Positions 1 through 14,100 of a stretch of DNA of 64,000 nt are shown piece by piece. Below the pieces are notes generated by a model, which saw only the letters and a program-made list of their open reading frames with translations, made no database searches and was not told the origin of the DNA. The DNA is taken from assembly GCA_965178125.1 (NCBI GenBank), contig OZ237765.1:310001-374000 (forward strand). Direction: 5' to 3'. Position numbers and translations under genes: made by a program. This DNA comes from Bilabrum cf. latius (lineage: Eukaryota). Each line of letters opens with the position of its first letter. The stretch's first letter is position 1.

Positions 1-1343
1 TCGTGCTCGGGGCTCCCAATGTCCTTGAGCCTCGCTGGATCCGCCATGGGGTGGTCAAAGAGGCCCGTGGCGAACTTGAGGGAGAGCACACGGCAGACGG
101 ACAGGTTGATCTGCTCCATGGTGACCAGCCCAGCGTCCAGCGCGGGCTGCAGGTAGGCGTACCCCTGGTACTCCCAGGGGGCACCACCTCCCTGTAGGTC
201 CTGATCCACGCCAGCCCGCAGCGCGGCTGCCGCAGCGTGGGCCATGTCGGGTACAACTCGGAATGGTACGAGGTTGTCGATGTTGCGCTCGTCTGTGATG
301 ACCATGCCCAAGCCGGAACTGCCGCCCAGCCGCAGCTGGCCGCGCAGCTGATCCGTCAGCATCTTGCGGTTTGCGTGCATTGGGATCCCGTTGGTGGTCT
401 GGTGGCTGGCCATGACGGCCCTTCCCCCCGCCCAAGCGAACCTTCGCCAGGGCTTCAGGAACACCTCCTGCACCGTCTGGTTGGTCGTCTCGGCAGCAGC
501 AGCATTCAGGCCCCCGGCAGCGTCACCGTACCCCGCGAAGTGCTTGCCCAGCGCGGCGATGGTGCTGTTGACGCTCGGGAGGTACCCCTATGCCCCCAGG
601 GGAGTGTTGGGGCCCTGCAGCCCCTCCACCACTGCGGTTGCAACGTGCGCTGACAGGGTTGGGTTGGGGCTGTACCCCTCGCTGAAGCGGCCCATGCGGG
701 CGTCCATGAAGAGGTTGATTACAGGGGCGTACCCAGTGTCTGCAAGCGAGCGAGCGAGCGAGTGTGTGAATCGGGGGAGAGAGGACTGGGGCTCAGATAT
801 CGTGCATACGTGAAGACGTTAATGAGGAAAACATAGATGCTTACCGGCCCCGATGGCTCTTGCTTCCGTGGCAATGGCCTGCGCGATGCTCTTCCACAGC
901 GTCCGGTTCCAGCTCGAGGCCTGGCCTGTGGGTGCGGGAAACACGACACCTCCCCAGGTGCCCGAGTGCAACGTCTCTGACTGAAATGAAACGGGGATTT
1001 TAAGCCTAGCCGACTTCAGTACGGCCTCCTGCACGCGATTGCGCTGGTACTGAATCTGCTCGATGGTGGCATTCACCTTCCACTGGCCAGTCATCCAATG
1101 CATTGACGCAGCCCCGACCGACGTGTTGCTGAACTTGTCAATAATTTCTTGGGCTGGAAGCGTGTAAACACTCCAAAGCTGTTTAATTTTCTCCTCTGTT
1201 GTCATCCCCTCCATCAAATCTGCTACGCGCTCTTGAATAGGCCTTGACGCATCCATATAAGCCGGATTGACACTTGCAGCGGCATCTGCCATCGCTACTG
1301 AACACCCAAAGAAGGCTAAGCATGCGCCCGCATGCAGAGTCAT
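1..1343 (-). CDS. Glycoside hydrolase family 3 (beta-glucosidase/xylosidase-like), secreted; runs off the window start
   Basis: Signal peptide followed by the GH3 motifs ERVADLMEGMTTEEKIKQL, ETLHS, FPAPTGQASSWN, APVINLFMDARMGRFSEGY, KHFAGYG and ALRAGVDQDL. GT..AG intron at 740-844 (G|gtaagc ... ttgcag|AC). Confidence 0.9.
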
Positions 1344-1798
1344 CGTTGATCACGGTGTAATGTGCAGGATCCGTGTCGAAGATCGACGCGCCAGCCGCGC
1401 TGTCGCCCGGTTCCGCAAAGAAACCCAAATATACCAGGGAAGGCCTGGGCAGGATGTCAGCATGGGCACAGCTTGAAAATACTTTATTCAACGTAGCGGC
1501 TGCACTGTTGGTTTGAACAGACACCTGTGCAGGTATCCAAACAAGATCCTGTGACTTAAGTCGCACCAACGGCAACTACCGTATTCTAGGTTGCACCAAG
1601 GAATACAGCCATCTCCAAAAGCGCCATAATCATTTCCTATAATGAGGTTGGTAGCGATACCTCGCAAATGGAGCCATTGGACTGTACGGTTGTAGTGGAA
1701 GCTCAACACGAGCTCCGGCACTTTGACAACAATAGCATATACATTTCAACACAACATGATGCCCCTATCGCGCACCAATCCGTACTGACTCTATTAAA

Positions 1799-4700
1799 TC
1801 ATCGCCTGGACCTCTTCACCGAGGTGTGGCCGGTGTAGTCGTTGATCATTGCCCGGATTGACGGCACGCCCTTGATCACAGCTTCGGGGAAGAGCAGCAG
1901 CGTCGCCCGGACTGCGAGAGAGGGGCAATAGGGATTAAAAGCGGTAGGATTGCATGTCTCAAGCTCGATCAGACACAGCCTAACTAGCGCCGCGCAATGG
2001 CGCGAAGAATGCGACCATGCTAGCTTGCCACGAAGTTACGCTCACTCCTCTTGATTTCCTTGTCGAGCTGCACAATGGCTGGCCTGTAGATGAGCACAAA
2101 GAACATGCCCAGCACCACAAGCGAGAAGAACGTGGCCAGGGACAGCCACAGCTGGAAAAACCTGATCCTATCAAGCGAGTCGTTGTACATGAGCTCGGCG
2201 CTCTACTTGAGGCTGTTGCCCAAATAGGCGAACGAGAGCTTGCGCAGCAGCAGCATCCGAGGGTCGGAAAGCCTCTCCTGCGAAAAAAAAACCGAGACAA
2301 AGGCAAGAAAAATTAAAAGGTGCTGCATGTTCACACCAGGCAGGGCGATGCCAGAGGGGCGGCGCGCGCGACTCCCATGCCGGCTTTGCGCCATCCCCTG
2401 CAGGCAACACCGAGACCAGGAGCGGCTACCGACAGGACTCGAGCGGCGGACCGTGCTTGACTGCTGGGAGAGTCTTGTGCTTGGCGAGGGTGTGACTGCC
2501 CGATGGGGGATGAATGGAGTGAGAGTGCATGGAGTGGGAGACGAGAGCAGCCAGGTCCAGGAGGGCATGTTGGCTGCCGGGGCTGCGGGAGTTGCGGTGT
2601 CAGAGCTCAGAGGGTACGAGACTGGGACAGGCAAAACTGGGCAGGGAGGGCGGATTGAAGCGGCACCGAGTGCATTTGCATGCACCACAGTGCAGTGCAG
2701 CCGCGGCTCGGCAGCATGGAGCCATTGAGCCTCCGTGCCACCAAGTCGCGGCTGCGCCTGCCCCAATCACCTTCCCTGACAGTAAGCTAGCCTGCCCCGC
2801 CCGCCCGCTCTATCTCTCTCTATCTCTTGCTTCCTCCCCAACTCACGGACGGGGTGCGGTCGGGACACAGCAGGGTGTTTCCTGGCATGGGGATGCCCTC
2901 GATGCCTCCGAAGCAGAAGGCAAACTGCGGCTCTGCCCCGAACAGCGTGCGGACCGTCTCGACCCCGGTGAAGTGCTGCTGGCCGTAGACAGCCGTCCGC
3001 CTAGCGCCGGGGTACTCGAGAGATCGGATCAAACCGCGGGGGTGCTTGCCGTCCGGCGTGGGGTAGTTACCGCTCGTCTTGAGCTCGGAGGTGTCGGGGT
3101 CGTCGTCCATGGCGTCAAAGGCGTCCATGTAGTACTCGAAGGAGGTCACGGAGGGCTCGTGGCTCGCTTCTTCCGTCGCGAGGATGTCGGTGAGGCTTGT
3201 CGATGCCGCGTCGGACATGGCCCGAGGGGCGGCGGAAACATGTTGCGAGCTGGAATGAAGCGCAGTTTCGGAATCGTCACGAATGCTGTCGGATGCGAGC
3301 CCCTCCCGGGGTTTACTCACCTCTCTGCTCCTCTGGACGTCGTAGTCGCGACTTTGCGTGGGCTCAGCCAAGTTCAGCTGCCTCGCGGCTACCGGAAGAT
3401 GTGCCTCTCCGAGCTAGGTCGATTGGTTACCTGCGAGGTAGTTCATTGGATGCTGGCCTTGCCCATGGAGGGCATCGGCGGCCGCTCCTTGGAGATCGCT
3501 CCCCGCAGCGTCCGCATGCACACTGGTGTCCATTCTGCGCGCGGTGCCGTTCCCCGTTGCGTTGCTCGGCGGCGCCACAAGGACCTCGTACTGCCTCTCG
3601 TGGAGCACCTCCCTCGACACCGATGCGAACTCGATCAGGGCAGCATGGGCGCCGCTCTGCAGCAGCCCGTTGTAGAATGTGAGGCAGCGCGTCCTGCTGA
3701 GCAGCGTGGACGTGACGATGGCGTGTCCGTCAAGGAGCTCGTCGATGTCCGTGTTCTCCACGTTCAGGTTCAGGCTGGTGACAGCCGCGGCGATGTCCTC
3801 CGGCGCCAGCTCCGCCGTTCCCATGCATCCGTCAAGCAGCATTAGCTCGGACTACTTTGTGGAGTCTAGCAAAACTGCCCTTAGATCGAAGGGGTAATCG
3901 CTTCCGTACATGAGCTGGTCGTGAATCCACAGCAGGTCGTTGGCGGACTGGTCCCCCCTCGCGCATGCCTAGGCGGCCCACACGGGGTCTTCGGCTCCCA
4001 CGCACTCGGACGTGAGGTACTCCGTGTTGAGCAGGTAGGTGCGCCGCTGCTGCATCTGCAACACCCCGTTGCCGTCCTGCCCCGCCCTGCCCCTGACGAT
4101 CCTGCTCCACATAAAGATGCCAACGTAGAATCCCATGAAGAGCAGCAGAGGGAGAAGGAAGCGCATAAGCAGGCGAAGGTACACGAGCCCGCTCTTCTTG
4201 AACTCCCTCTTGCGCTCCTTGAGCTTCAGCCGAGACCAGTCCAGCACGCCGCCCTGCCCGGCCATGCCGCCCGCCTCGGACCCGTCGTCGGACTCACCCT
4301 CGTCGCTGATGTTCTCGTCGTCCTCGATCTCGGCCAGCATCTGGTCCAGCTTTTTCTGGCATTGCGTCCGGAGAGATCGCACGACGATGGAGGGAACTGC
4401 GAGGAAGAGGACGAAGATCTGGTCCTTGCTGGCCTCCACTGCCAGCGTGATGGGCACGATGACAGCGAGGATGACCACAAGGAGCAGCCCGATGCTGCTC
4501 CCCAGAATACCGATCTCGACCACCTCAATGGTCTGAAAGTATGCCTTAGTGCCGGCCTAAGCAAGGACGCTCGACCGGTTGAATGCCTCTGCGAGCGCCT
4601 CGGGCCCGTTCGTCAGCACGTACCACGCGTCGGCCGATTCGCCGGCCCACGCATTGCGGCCTTGCTGCGCGGCTTGCAGCCCCTTTGATATGAACTCCGT

Positions 4701-7700
4701 GCCCGCGCCCAACAGCGGCAGGTAAACGGTCCTCTCGCTCCTCACGATCGCCCCGCCGGACACGTCCACGTCACCCCCCTCGAGGTTCTTGACCGCAACA
4801 GAGTCCTGCGTGTACAGGTCCTCATGCTCCTGGATGCTGCGGGTGGCCTTGAAGAGCTTGTCGTGGATGACTTTCATGTCGAGGAGGGTGTCCGTGAAGG
4901 TGCTCACTGTCAGGTTGAACTCGTCCGCAGTGGCCGGGATGTGTCCCTCTGCCATCAGCTAAAGCTGCTGCGCTGCGAGCACGGAGTGGTGCAGGAGCAC
5001 CTGCCTGCGGCCCTCTTCCTCGACCAGCTGCAGCTCGGTGGTGAAGTTCCCGAACAGCCAGCGAATCACCACCACGCTTGCCACGTTCATGCACGCGATC
5101 AGAGCGAAAATCCACAGCAGAGCCACGTAGAGCCGCCACAAGCCCGGTTCCAGCTGCCCGCTAGACGCCGAGATGGTCCTCCGCAGCTGGGTCATGGAGC
5201 TGCCACGGCTCCCAGCGCTGCTCACCGAGCCGTGCTGGGAGCCGTGCTGCGAGCCCCCAAATCCCTGACTAGATCCGCCATCGCTGCCTGCATCAGACAG
5301 CCTATCCTTGCTCTGAAGGGACACCATAAGCTCCTTGGGCGGCTGTCCAATGGAATCGTGCCTGCGCATGGCATTACTGATCGACCCAGAGCCCATGCTG
5401 ACATCGGAATCGGTGCTTGCCCGCCTGCCGGCCCTGCGGCGCTCCTGCCTCTTGCGATGTGGCGGCGGCCTGCGGCGACCCTGCGGCGAGTCGTCCGAGT
5501 CGGACCCTTCTCGCGCTTCCATCTATCTCTTTCGTTCTTCGTCCTGTCTTGTCCGCAGCAACAACTCGTCAAGGTCGCTCGGGTCGTTCGTTGACTCCAT
5601 GTCGAAGCTGACAGCACCGTCCCGCTTAGCGATTCGTTTGAGCTTCGAGTCTTTCCGCGAGAGTGCACTGGTGAGATCTCGGCCGCTGTCGCTGAGCAGG
5701 CTCTTGCCAGTCTGCATGGAGCCTCTGCGATTTCTAGCGCGATCAGCCAGCTCACTTTCGGATCCTCCTTCCGAGGGCAACTCGCTACCGATGGCGGACG
5801 CAAGGGAGATGAGCGGGCCGGGCTCCGACACCCTGCGCTTGCTCTTTGATTTTTTCTCCTTCTTGCTCTTGTTCCTCGACTTGCTGGACTCTCGCTTGTC
5901 CTTCTTGTCCTTGCTCTTGCGCCGCCCCTTGTCCTTCTTTGGCTTGCGGCGGCTCCCGCCGTCAGAGTCGGAGTCGGAGCCAGACTCATCCGAGCTGGAT
6001 GAGGCATCGCTGCTGCTGCTGCCGCTGTCCGTGTCAGACCCGCTGCCACGCGCCCGACCAGAGCTCGAGATGGACCCGCCATCTGACGAAGACCCGTCAC
6101 TGCCACTGCCAGAGTCGTCGGATTCGGAGCCGGAACTGCTGGATGACGAGGAACCATCCTCCTTGGCCTCCTCGTCGCTGGCCACACGCACGCTAGCGTC
6201 CGAGCCAGAGCTGGACTTGGATTTCTTGGATTTCTTGGACTTGGAGGATGATCGCTTGCTGCCTTTTTTCTCCTTCCTGCTGCTCTTGCTCTTCTTCCTA
6301 CTCTTCTTGGACGATGCCACCTCACCGCTTGCAACTGGATCTGCTAGCGACAGTTTCCTTCGGCTCGACCCGCTCGCTGCCTCCCCCAGGTTCCGCCGAG
6401 AGCCCGAGGAAATAGAGTTGGCGGCCTTGATGCTATTTGCGGCCTTTCGCATCTCTTGCTGCAGGGACCTTCGCCAGGACACCACGCACAGGTAGTCCAC
6501 GGCGGTCGGCTCGCCCACGCGGCGGAACCCGATCCCATGCCCCCCCGCCCCGGGCTCGGAATCGCCAGCCTGCGCCTCCACGCTGACAGGCGTAATCTGC
6601 ATGAGGACTTCTGCCACGAGCGTCTACCGGCCTGACTGGCCCTTCCTCGAGTTGATCCCGTTGGTCTCCATGTACTGGGCGCTCACGTTCCTGAGCTCGA
6701 CCTTCTGGCGGTCGCTGGCGTTCTGCCTCCTGCGGCGGTACAGGGCAGCGGCGCTGACTGCTGAGGCCCCGCCAGCCTGCGAGGTGCCCTCCTGCCCGCT
6801 CTTGAAGCTCATGAGGCTGCCCCCGCCCACGCTCTGGGTGTCATTGTCAGCGACGCTCGCGCCCGAGCCCACGTGACCGCTGACACCTGTCCCGCCGCTT
6901 GCACCGCTCAGCCCAGACCGCTGGGATCCACCGCCGACGCTTTGCCCATCGTCAGACCCCATGGCCCCCGATTTCATGGCAGCCCAGCAGCTTGACACCA
7001 TGTCCCGGGGCTGGGGGAAGAACCGGTCCAGCATTACGCGCCCGCTCTTGACGTCTTGCGAGCTGATGCCGAAGGCAGCCATCGAGTTGGCGCAAGCTCC
7101 CGTCACCTGCATAGTCCGGCTCAAGAAGAGGAGGTAGCCATCCTGCGTGGGCGGCATCGCCTGCATCAGCCCGCCGAACCCCTCGTCCATCTGTCGCACC
7201 GCCAGCAGCATCGGGAAGATATGCCCGGACTTGTGGAGGCCAAACACCTGCCTTGTGGAGTTCAGCATGCGCTCCCTGCCGCTGGCAAGGTAGCCTTGGA
7301 GGAATCGCTGGTGCAGCGAGTCGATTGGTGACGGGAGAATGACGTCGACCTGCTTGTCCATGAGCTCCCGGCGAGTGTAGCCGAACATGCGAAGCGCGTT
7401 GGCGTTCACAGTGACAATCGCCCCCAGCCGATCGGGTTGATCCGACGACACGATGACTGCAACATTCTCGCTCGAAGCGTCAATGTCTGTCGAATGATCC
7501 ATGAGTCGAAAGTCCGCGGAGCGCTCGGCGTGCAGGCGCGACATCTCTTCCTGCGAGTGCATGGAGAAGGTACCGGGGGTGTGGGAGCAAGCGGTGCGAC
7601 AAGACGATGACAGGTTTTGCGCATTGATGGGCGAGGAAAGTCCTTGAGCCCGTAAGTGACCAACGGCTTCCAGCAAGGCACTATGCAGTGCAGCGGCGGG

Positions 7701-9952
7701 CATGGGCCCTCAATCCTCACCTCGATTGTCTCTGCCTCTTCAAGCAGCTTGTTCGCCTTGCCTGGGTTGTTGTTCACCTCTAGAAGGAATCGGGCGTATG
7801 AACGCAGCACCATAACGGACCGCGAGTTGATGCGGAGCAGCTGCATGAAGCTCGTCTCGCTCTTGGCAACTGACTCTGCAATCTCCGCCCCTACGCGGTT
7901 CAGCACGCCGATATCCGGATGTTTGTTGAGGAGCTCGGCCCAGAACTCGACCTGGTGTCGCCTCGCCCTCAGCTCGCTCTCCTGCGCCTCCCCGCGGTAC
8001 TTCTCGAACCGGACTCTCGTGATGACGTTCATCTTCGCGGCACCAGAAGAATCATCCGCCTCCTGTAGCTGCTTGCGCCTCGAGTAGATGATGAAGGCCT
8101 CGTCCATGGCGGGCGACTTGCTCTCTGCGCTTGCCAGGTGGTTGATCTCGAGGTGTCGATTGCCCTTGTACGTGCTGAGGTAGTGCGCGATGAAGAGGTG
8201 CAGGATGCTGCTCTGCGGGAAGAACTCGACGCTCTATGCGAAGAGGTTGTCCACCTCACGCACCGTCTCTATGCTGCCCTCGTCATCCTCGTCGTCCTTG
8301 CCACCAGGCCCGCTGCCCGCCTTGGAACCGCTGCCTCCTTTGCCCCGCCTACGGCTCGATGTCTTCTGCCCCGTGAGCATGCCCCGGTTGGAGTGGTGCG
8401 CGCCTGCAGACCCGTTAGCGCCCAGCCTCTGCAGCAGGAAGCGAGCCCTCAGCTCCACGTCAAAGGCACTAGAGAGCTCTTGGCCCTCGCCGAAGCGCCT
8501 CCACTTCTGATCCGCAGCGGCCCAGCCCGCGAAAAATACGAACAGGGCCCCCATCAGGAATGCGAGGGACGCGTTGCTGACCTGGTGGTGGCTCTGCGCC
8601 TGCGCCACGATGGTGCAGATGGAGGCCCATGCGTGCACTGCACCCAGCCCCGTCTGCAGGCAGTTCACCCACGGCTTGTAGAAGGGCAGGTACATCCAGT
8701 ACATGGCCACCCACGCGATGCCAGCGCCAAGGGAAGGCACGATGAGGACCCACGGGCTGACCCAGTCGCTCTGCGTGTACAGGAGGGTGAGGAGAGCTTT
8801 GAGCAGGATGACGGTGACTTGCACCCTCCCGTGCACGCGAGCCCCGACGTTCGAGCTGAACGGGCTCCGGTCGAAGAAGGTTGCCACCACGACCGCTGCG
8901 ATGATAGGGGAAGAATAGTCATGAAAATCGGTCGCTACATTGGTACTACAGTCGCATAGCACCGAGCCGGCCGATTGCTGGGCCTTGGCCATGGGGCTCA
9001 AGCGGCGGAGAGCACTCCATTGCGGGTTTGCTCACCGGACAAAATTGCAAATGCAAGCGTTACGATCGATACAATCGTTACCATTGTGCTGTGCTCGCCC
9101 CCCCAGCACTCCCAGTCCGTGCCCGGCCAGGTCTCGCCACCCCTGCAGCGGTACACGCTCATCATGAGCGAGGTCAGCGGGATGAACAGGACGGTCGTGC
9201 TGACGTGCGCGGTCGTTCGCAGTATCTTTAGCGGCCATAGCACGTGGAACCGGTCGTTTGCGAAACTATAGCCGACCCATCCAGCACACCCGACCACTGA
9301 GAGAATCCAGGCCAGAGCGAGGAAGAAGGCTGCGAGCCGAAGGGCCGGGTCAAACGAGCCCAGCGCATTTCCGGCAGATAGCACCGATAGCAGCACTGCA
9401 ACTCTCGACATGATCGGGTCCTAGGCCCATGCAAATGATTGCGTTCGGCTCAGAGGGAAGGACAGCATCTGCAGCCAATCCAGCAGCATGAGAACGAGCA
9501 TTGCAAGCCGCGAGCTCGTCGTATCCTTGGCCATGCTGAAGAGCACTCCAAAAAGTCCAGACTGCAGTAGTGATCAGCAGTGAAGGTGTACCGAAATGCC
9601 CAGAGTGGCTCGAACCGCAGCATAGCAAGACGGCCGGACCCAACGCAGCTTCGAACAATCTATTTTGCTGGGCATACTCATTTAGAAAAGGAGTCTAAAC
9701 GTTTTAAAATAATAGCACATCATGTTAAACGCACCTTGAATGACCTGCGAATGGCAGACAGGGTGAAACAGGTTGTTCTGAAGTGTAAGCTCGCCGGTGC
9801 CCTTGTTCGGACTTGCAATCTACCAGTCGTTGGCGAACGAATCAACATTTGATACCTCACTTGTACACTCGTTCGACGTATGAAACGCTTTGGTCCTGGG
9901 CAAGCTTCGCCAACGCGGATGCCTTCCCAGAGTCATCTCCCGAGAGCGCCAT
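1799..9952 (-). CDS. TmcB-like multi-pass membrane protein with PAS domain (multi-exon, 10 in-frame TAG)
   Basis: N-terminal GLFGVLFSMAK and TM helices, helical repeats (LRSYARFLLEVNNNP), PAS domain (IVTVNANALRMFGY..LPSPIDSLHQRFLQGY..GLHKSGHIFPM) and C-terminal LDKEIKR-IRATLLLFPEAV ending in TGA at 1799-1801. Inferred introns: 9745-9860, 9562-9734, 8896-9035, 7551-7720, about 2278-2846 (uncertain) and about 1912-2045. In-frame TAG at 9421, 8234, 6624, 5523, 4959, 4557, 3969, 3852, 3414 and 2203. Confidence 0.8.
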
Positions 9953-10217
9953 CCTTTACGTCACTTCAGCTGCACCTCGTTGGGCCCGGTACGGGCAGTT
10001 ATATTTTTGGAGCAGTGTGCAACACTGATTCACAGTCGCGAAACAAAAAATGCCTTGGAAACTACTCGCAGACCGCGCCTGCAACGCGAGACTGCAAAGA
10101 TATGAAGGTGCATTTCTCGTCGCAAAACGACAAGCCAAATCTGATTAATTCTGAAGTACACGGTATAAAACTGCAAGCAAAGGCATGTCTTGTTTACACG
10201 CCTTGCTAGGACACCCA

Positions 10218-10533
10218 ATGTCAGTAGGCACGGTTGTACTCACTGGGACCGTTGTTTTCGCTGTGCTAGGTGCAATTGCTTGCTGCATCGGTGCTGCCCT
10301 GCATGGACGTGGACGCTTCGACAAGTAGGACGTTCAGTGAGGCGTATTCTGGATGATTTTACAGCATTGCACAGCTCCACAGCTCTACTGAGTTGCACAA
10401 CACCTGTTACTTTCGCCGCAGAACGTATTATGTCATGATTACAATGTCGGCCGTCGGTATGTGGCTAGTTTGGTTCTGCGTATGGTTGCACCAGCTGAAT
10501 CCTCTGATCAATCCAATATTGGTGGAAGAATGA
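10218..10533 (+). CDS. ATP6V0E: V-type proton ATPase subunit e (Vma9/ATP6V0E), 72 aa, 2 exons
   Basis: Exons 10218-10324 and 10422-10533 give MSVGTVVLTGTVVFAVLGAIACCIGAALHGRGRFDKTYYVMITMSAVGMWLVWFCVWLHQLNPLINPILVEE*. It has two TM helices and the family motif W..W....L.QLNPLI.P. Not present in the ORF track. Confidence 0.85.
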
Positions 10534-11192
10534 ACGCGCGAGTAGCGCCCAGTTCATCCACAGGTTAAACGAGAGGCATACAGATGACATTGCGTCTCAT
10601 AACACACATGTGCCGACCCCTGCAAGTATTGGCATTCGCTGCACATTTCTGTCGCTGCTGAATTGATCAGCTCTACGATACAGTGGGTCTCGCGCCCACA
10701 GGTTGCAGTACAGGGATAAGTGGGGCACACGTGAGTGCTTGACAGTCTTTGGGTGCTGTGTTTGGCAGAGTTGCTTGGCTAGTGATAGCCTCGCATATGC
10801 TACTAGTGGCAGCGGCAGCCTGTCCAGGTGGGAGGCTGAGATAGCGGAGACTTGATGGATAGCACACAAGGTGCATCGGAGTATCGCGAATCCTACGTGC
10901 TATGTTTGGGGCGCGTACCCTGAGCCCATTCTGCAAGCCTACAGGAGGCTCTGCGCTGGTCAACTGCGTACCAGTGGGTCTCTGGTCGCTAGGTAGGCCA
11001 CGCCAGAGCATTTGGTGCCCCCCAATCTGGGCACCGAGTTGTTAAAGGGACGCAGTTGTAGTGATTACAGGCAAAATAATATTTTCAGTAAAAGCCCAGT
11101 TGCCCATGCATCATGATCAGTGCCACATCGTTGAATGGATCACACTGTCACATCCTGAATTGATGATGCTAAGCTTCCATACCCGTCACACA

Positions 11193-14100
11193 TCAATGGG
11201 TGCTTGGGGTGGCAGCGCTCCCAGGCAAGGCATGGCTACCTGGCCCAATACCACTGCCCCCCCCCGCTCCCCCACCACGCGCGCGCTGCACCCCAGCCTC
11301 AGTGTCGTCTGAGCTGGTGCCGCTGCTGGTGCCGCTGCTTGAGGAGGACGAGGAGGAGGACGAGGAGGACGACTCTAGAGCTGGCAGCGCAGAGACGCCA
11401 GCGCCAACTGGTTGTCGCTGGGACCCCTGCCCCTGTCCGTGTCCCTGCTCCTAGGACCCCTCCCCTGTCCAAGCCCTCCCACGGGTCTGGGGGCCAGTCC
11501 CAGTACCTCCCGACCCACCTACGACTCCACCGCCATGCTGCGGTCCAGACGGCCTGCGCGCCGCCCTTGGCACCCGTCCTCTGCTCAGCCCGCCCAGCAC
11601 CGCGCCCTTGGTCGCAAATGCGACCTCTTGATCCAGCCGCCGACCCCTGACGCCCCCCCTGTGCTTCCTCCTCTTGGCCTATCTCCTGAAGGCCCGCACG
11701 AGCACATCGTCCCACTCCTGAAGGTACAGAAGCACGCCCAGTGAGCCCAGCTCCCGCCGGACCTGCTGCAGGCCAGCCTCACCGGGCCCCGACTCCTCCT
11801 GCTCGTCCTCGTCGTCCGCATCAGCACCATCATCTCCATCACGGGCAGCGGCCCCGTTTGCACCATTGCTGCCCTTTTGTCCCCTGTCTCGGTCACCATC
11901 GGCCCCTGCAGTGTCGGGAGGAGGACCATCCCACGCGATAGCACCATCATCCTCCGCGGCATTGCCTCCCGTAAGCCTTGACATGGCGGCGTAGGCCTGC
12001 ACGCTGTGGGAGTCCACGCGTGCTGGCAGCGCGAGCACATCCACTCTCCCCCTGAGCGCCATCCTCGTCGACACCCGCCTGTCCCTGCCCTTGCCCTCGT
12101 GCCCCTTACGCCGCCTTGAGGAGGAACGGGGCGTCCCCGGGATCGCTCCGTTCCGGCTCATGTGCTGCCGATTCACTCCCTCGCTGTACGTGCGCCGGAT
12201 CAGACCGCCACTGCCGTCCTCCTCGGCGTCATCTCCATCAGCCCCGCCGCGTACGCTGCTCATGGGTGTGCCCGGTGGGACCGGGCTCCCCAGCCTGCGG
12301 TGCGGGCTAGACCCTGCAATGTCGCTGCGGAGGGAGATCCCCTTGGAGAGCGGTCCACCGCCGCCGTCATCGTCATCGTCACCCTCGCGGCCACCTCCTG
12401 TGCTACCACCGCCGGCACCAGCCGCGAATGCACCCGCGGTACCCCCGCGAGCGAGCACCTCTGCACGAATGCGGGCGGCTTCCAGCCTCCTGGCCTCTTC
12501 TTGTTCCCTGGCCTTCTGTCGCCTCTCCCTGGCCTGCTGTGCCCGCTCTCTCGCTTTCTCCCTCGCCTTCCTGGCTCGCTCCTGCATGGCCTTCTCTTCC
12601 TTCAGCAGCTCTGCCGATCGCTGGACGGTGCTGTAGAAGGCCTCCTCCGCCACAGCCAGCAGCACGTTCAGCACCACGTAGATGAAGAGAGATATGAACA
12701 CGTACAGATAGATCTGACCCACCACGTTGTGCACCTGGGTCAGGGCAGTGAATTGGTCGCGGATGACGTCACCGTTGAGCACGGCAAACAGCGTGATGCA
12801 GGACTGACCCAGCGAGCGGAAGTCCTCCACGTCAGCGCCAAAGAGTGCCACCCCGAGCAGCGCGAATGCGAGGAACAGCGGGAGCACTCCCACCAGGAGT
12901 CGCGCCACTCGAGGCAATGCCTTCCGCAGCGTCAGCACCACCACGAAGAACCTTCGGTCGTAGTCGAGGAAACGCACGAGCCCCACCCACAAACCCGACA
13001 CGCCAAAGCCGAGGCACGCAGCACGCCACCACCCTCGCAGCAGCGTGGGCTGCCCCAGCACCAGGGTGCCCAGGCCGGCCGCCAGAAGCAGCACGCTCGA
13101 GGGCACAGTCAGGGCGTACCAACCGATGGCGTACTGGGTGAGCTCTCCCCACGTGACCTGCTCCCACTTCACGGGAAGGCCCAGGCTGGGCTTGCCTCGC
13201 CGGCGAGGGCCAAACCTGCTGAACCTGCGGCGGCCGTGTGACGAGTGACGCGAGCCGCGGGACCCCATTGAATCCGAGGCCGGGGGCAGCTCCACTCCAT
13301 CGGTGGACGCGTCCGGGTCTTGGCTACGGTTGTTCACGCGGATCCGGAGACCCCCGGAGTGAGCACCAGCGATTCCCCCAGTAGCTCCCAGAGCCACGCT
13401 TTCGCCCGTGCCTTCGCCCACCCCGTCCAGCATGGACTCGTCCGCCCCTTGCTCGAACACTCCGGGCAGGTCTGCAGGACCCATCGTGCCAATCCTCGCA
13501 AGGGGGCCCTCCCTGTCCATCACCATGGCGCCGGCGCTGCGGTGGGACTCCCAGCGATGCAGCGGGCCACCGCCGTCCTCGTCATCATCCTCGTCATCAT
13601 CGTCGTCCTCGTCATCCACGGTCTTTGCGTCCTGTACCGTGCTGTCGTCTGCGTCGTTGCTTGCAAACCCCACGTGCCTCCCCGGTGTTGATGACCCGCC
13701 GCTGCGGCGAGATAGCGTACCGCTGACCAGGGCGGACACACCAACGTTGGAATTGCCACCGCTTGGATTCGACTGCGATTCCGCGCTTCCCTCCGCCACG
13801 AGGGGAGGGAGCGCGCCCAGACCGCTCGCACCCAAGCTGCTAGGGGCAGCAGGCGGCGCGCCCAGCGCGTTCGGTCGGCCCGCAGGCATGGATTGCGAGG
13901 GGCCAAGCGCCCCCGGCAGGCCCCTGGGAGTCGTCATGCCCCCACGTGGGGGCAGCCTACCGCTGCCCCCCTGCCCAGCGATCCCACCGACAGCGTGGCC
14001 TGGGCCTGGAATGCCCACCGGCACGGGGCTGCCGCTCGCCGCTGCGGGTCCCAGCCGGAAGGAGGAAGGTTCGTCCGTTCCCACCGAACCCACGGCAGAC

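Noticed and set aside
2820-3842. Separate or nested gene inside the PAS gene
   Set aside because: These ORFs are in frame with the upstream PAS-gene segments across TAGs and are followed by a GTGAGT donor at 2846, so they are part of the same CDS.
5335-6495. Long opposite-strand ORFs (e.g. 2529-3845+, 5335-6495+, 49857-51074+, 52312-53400-, 56373-57803-, 62393-63445-)
   Set aside because: They are antisense shadows of GC-rich coding regions with no recognisable motifs.
10540-11190. Short minus-strand ORFs between V-ATPase e and mucolipin
   Set aside because: No motif or coding-like composition. Treated as convergent 3' UTR or intergenic sequence, though a small gene or ncRNA cannot be excluded.
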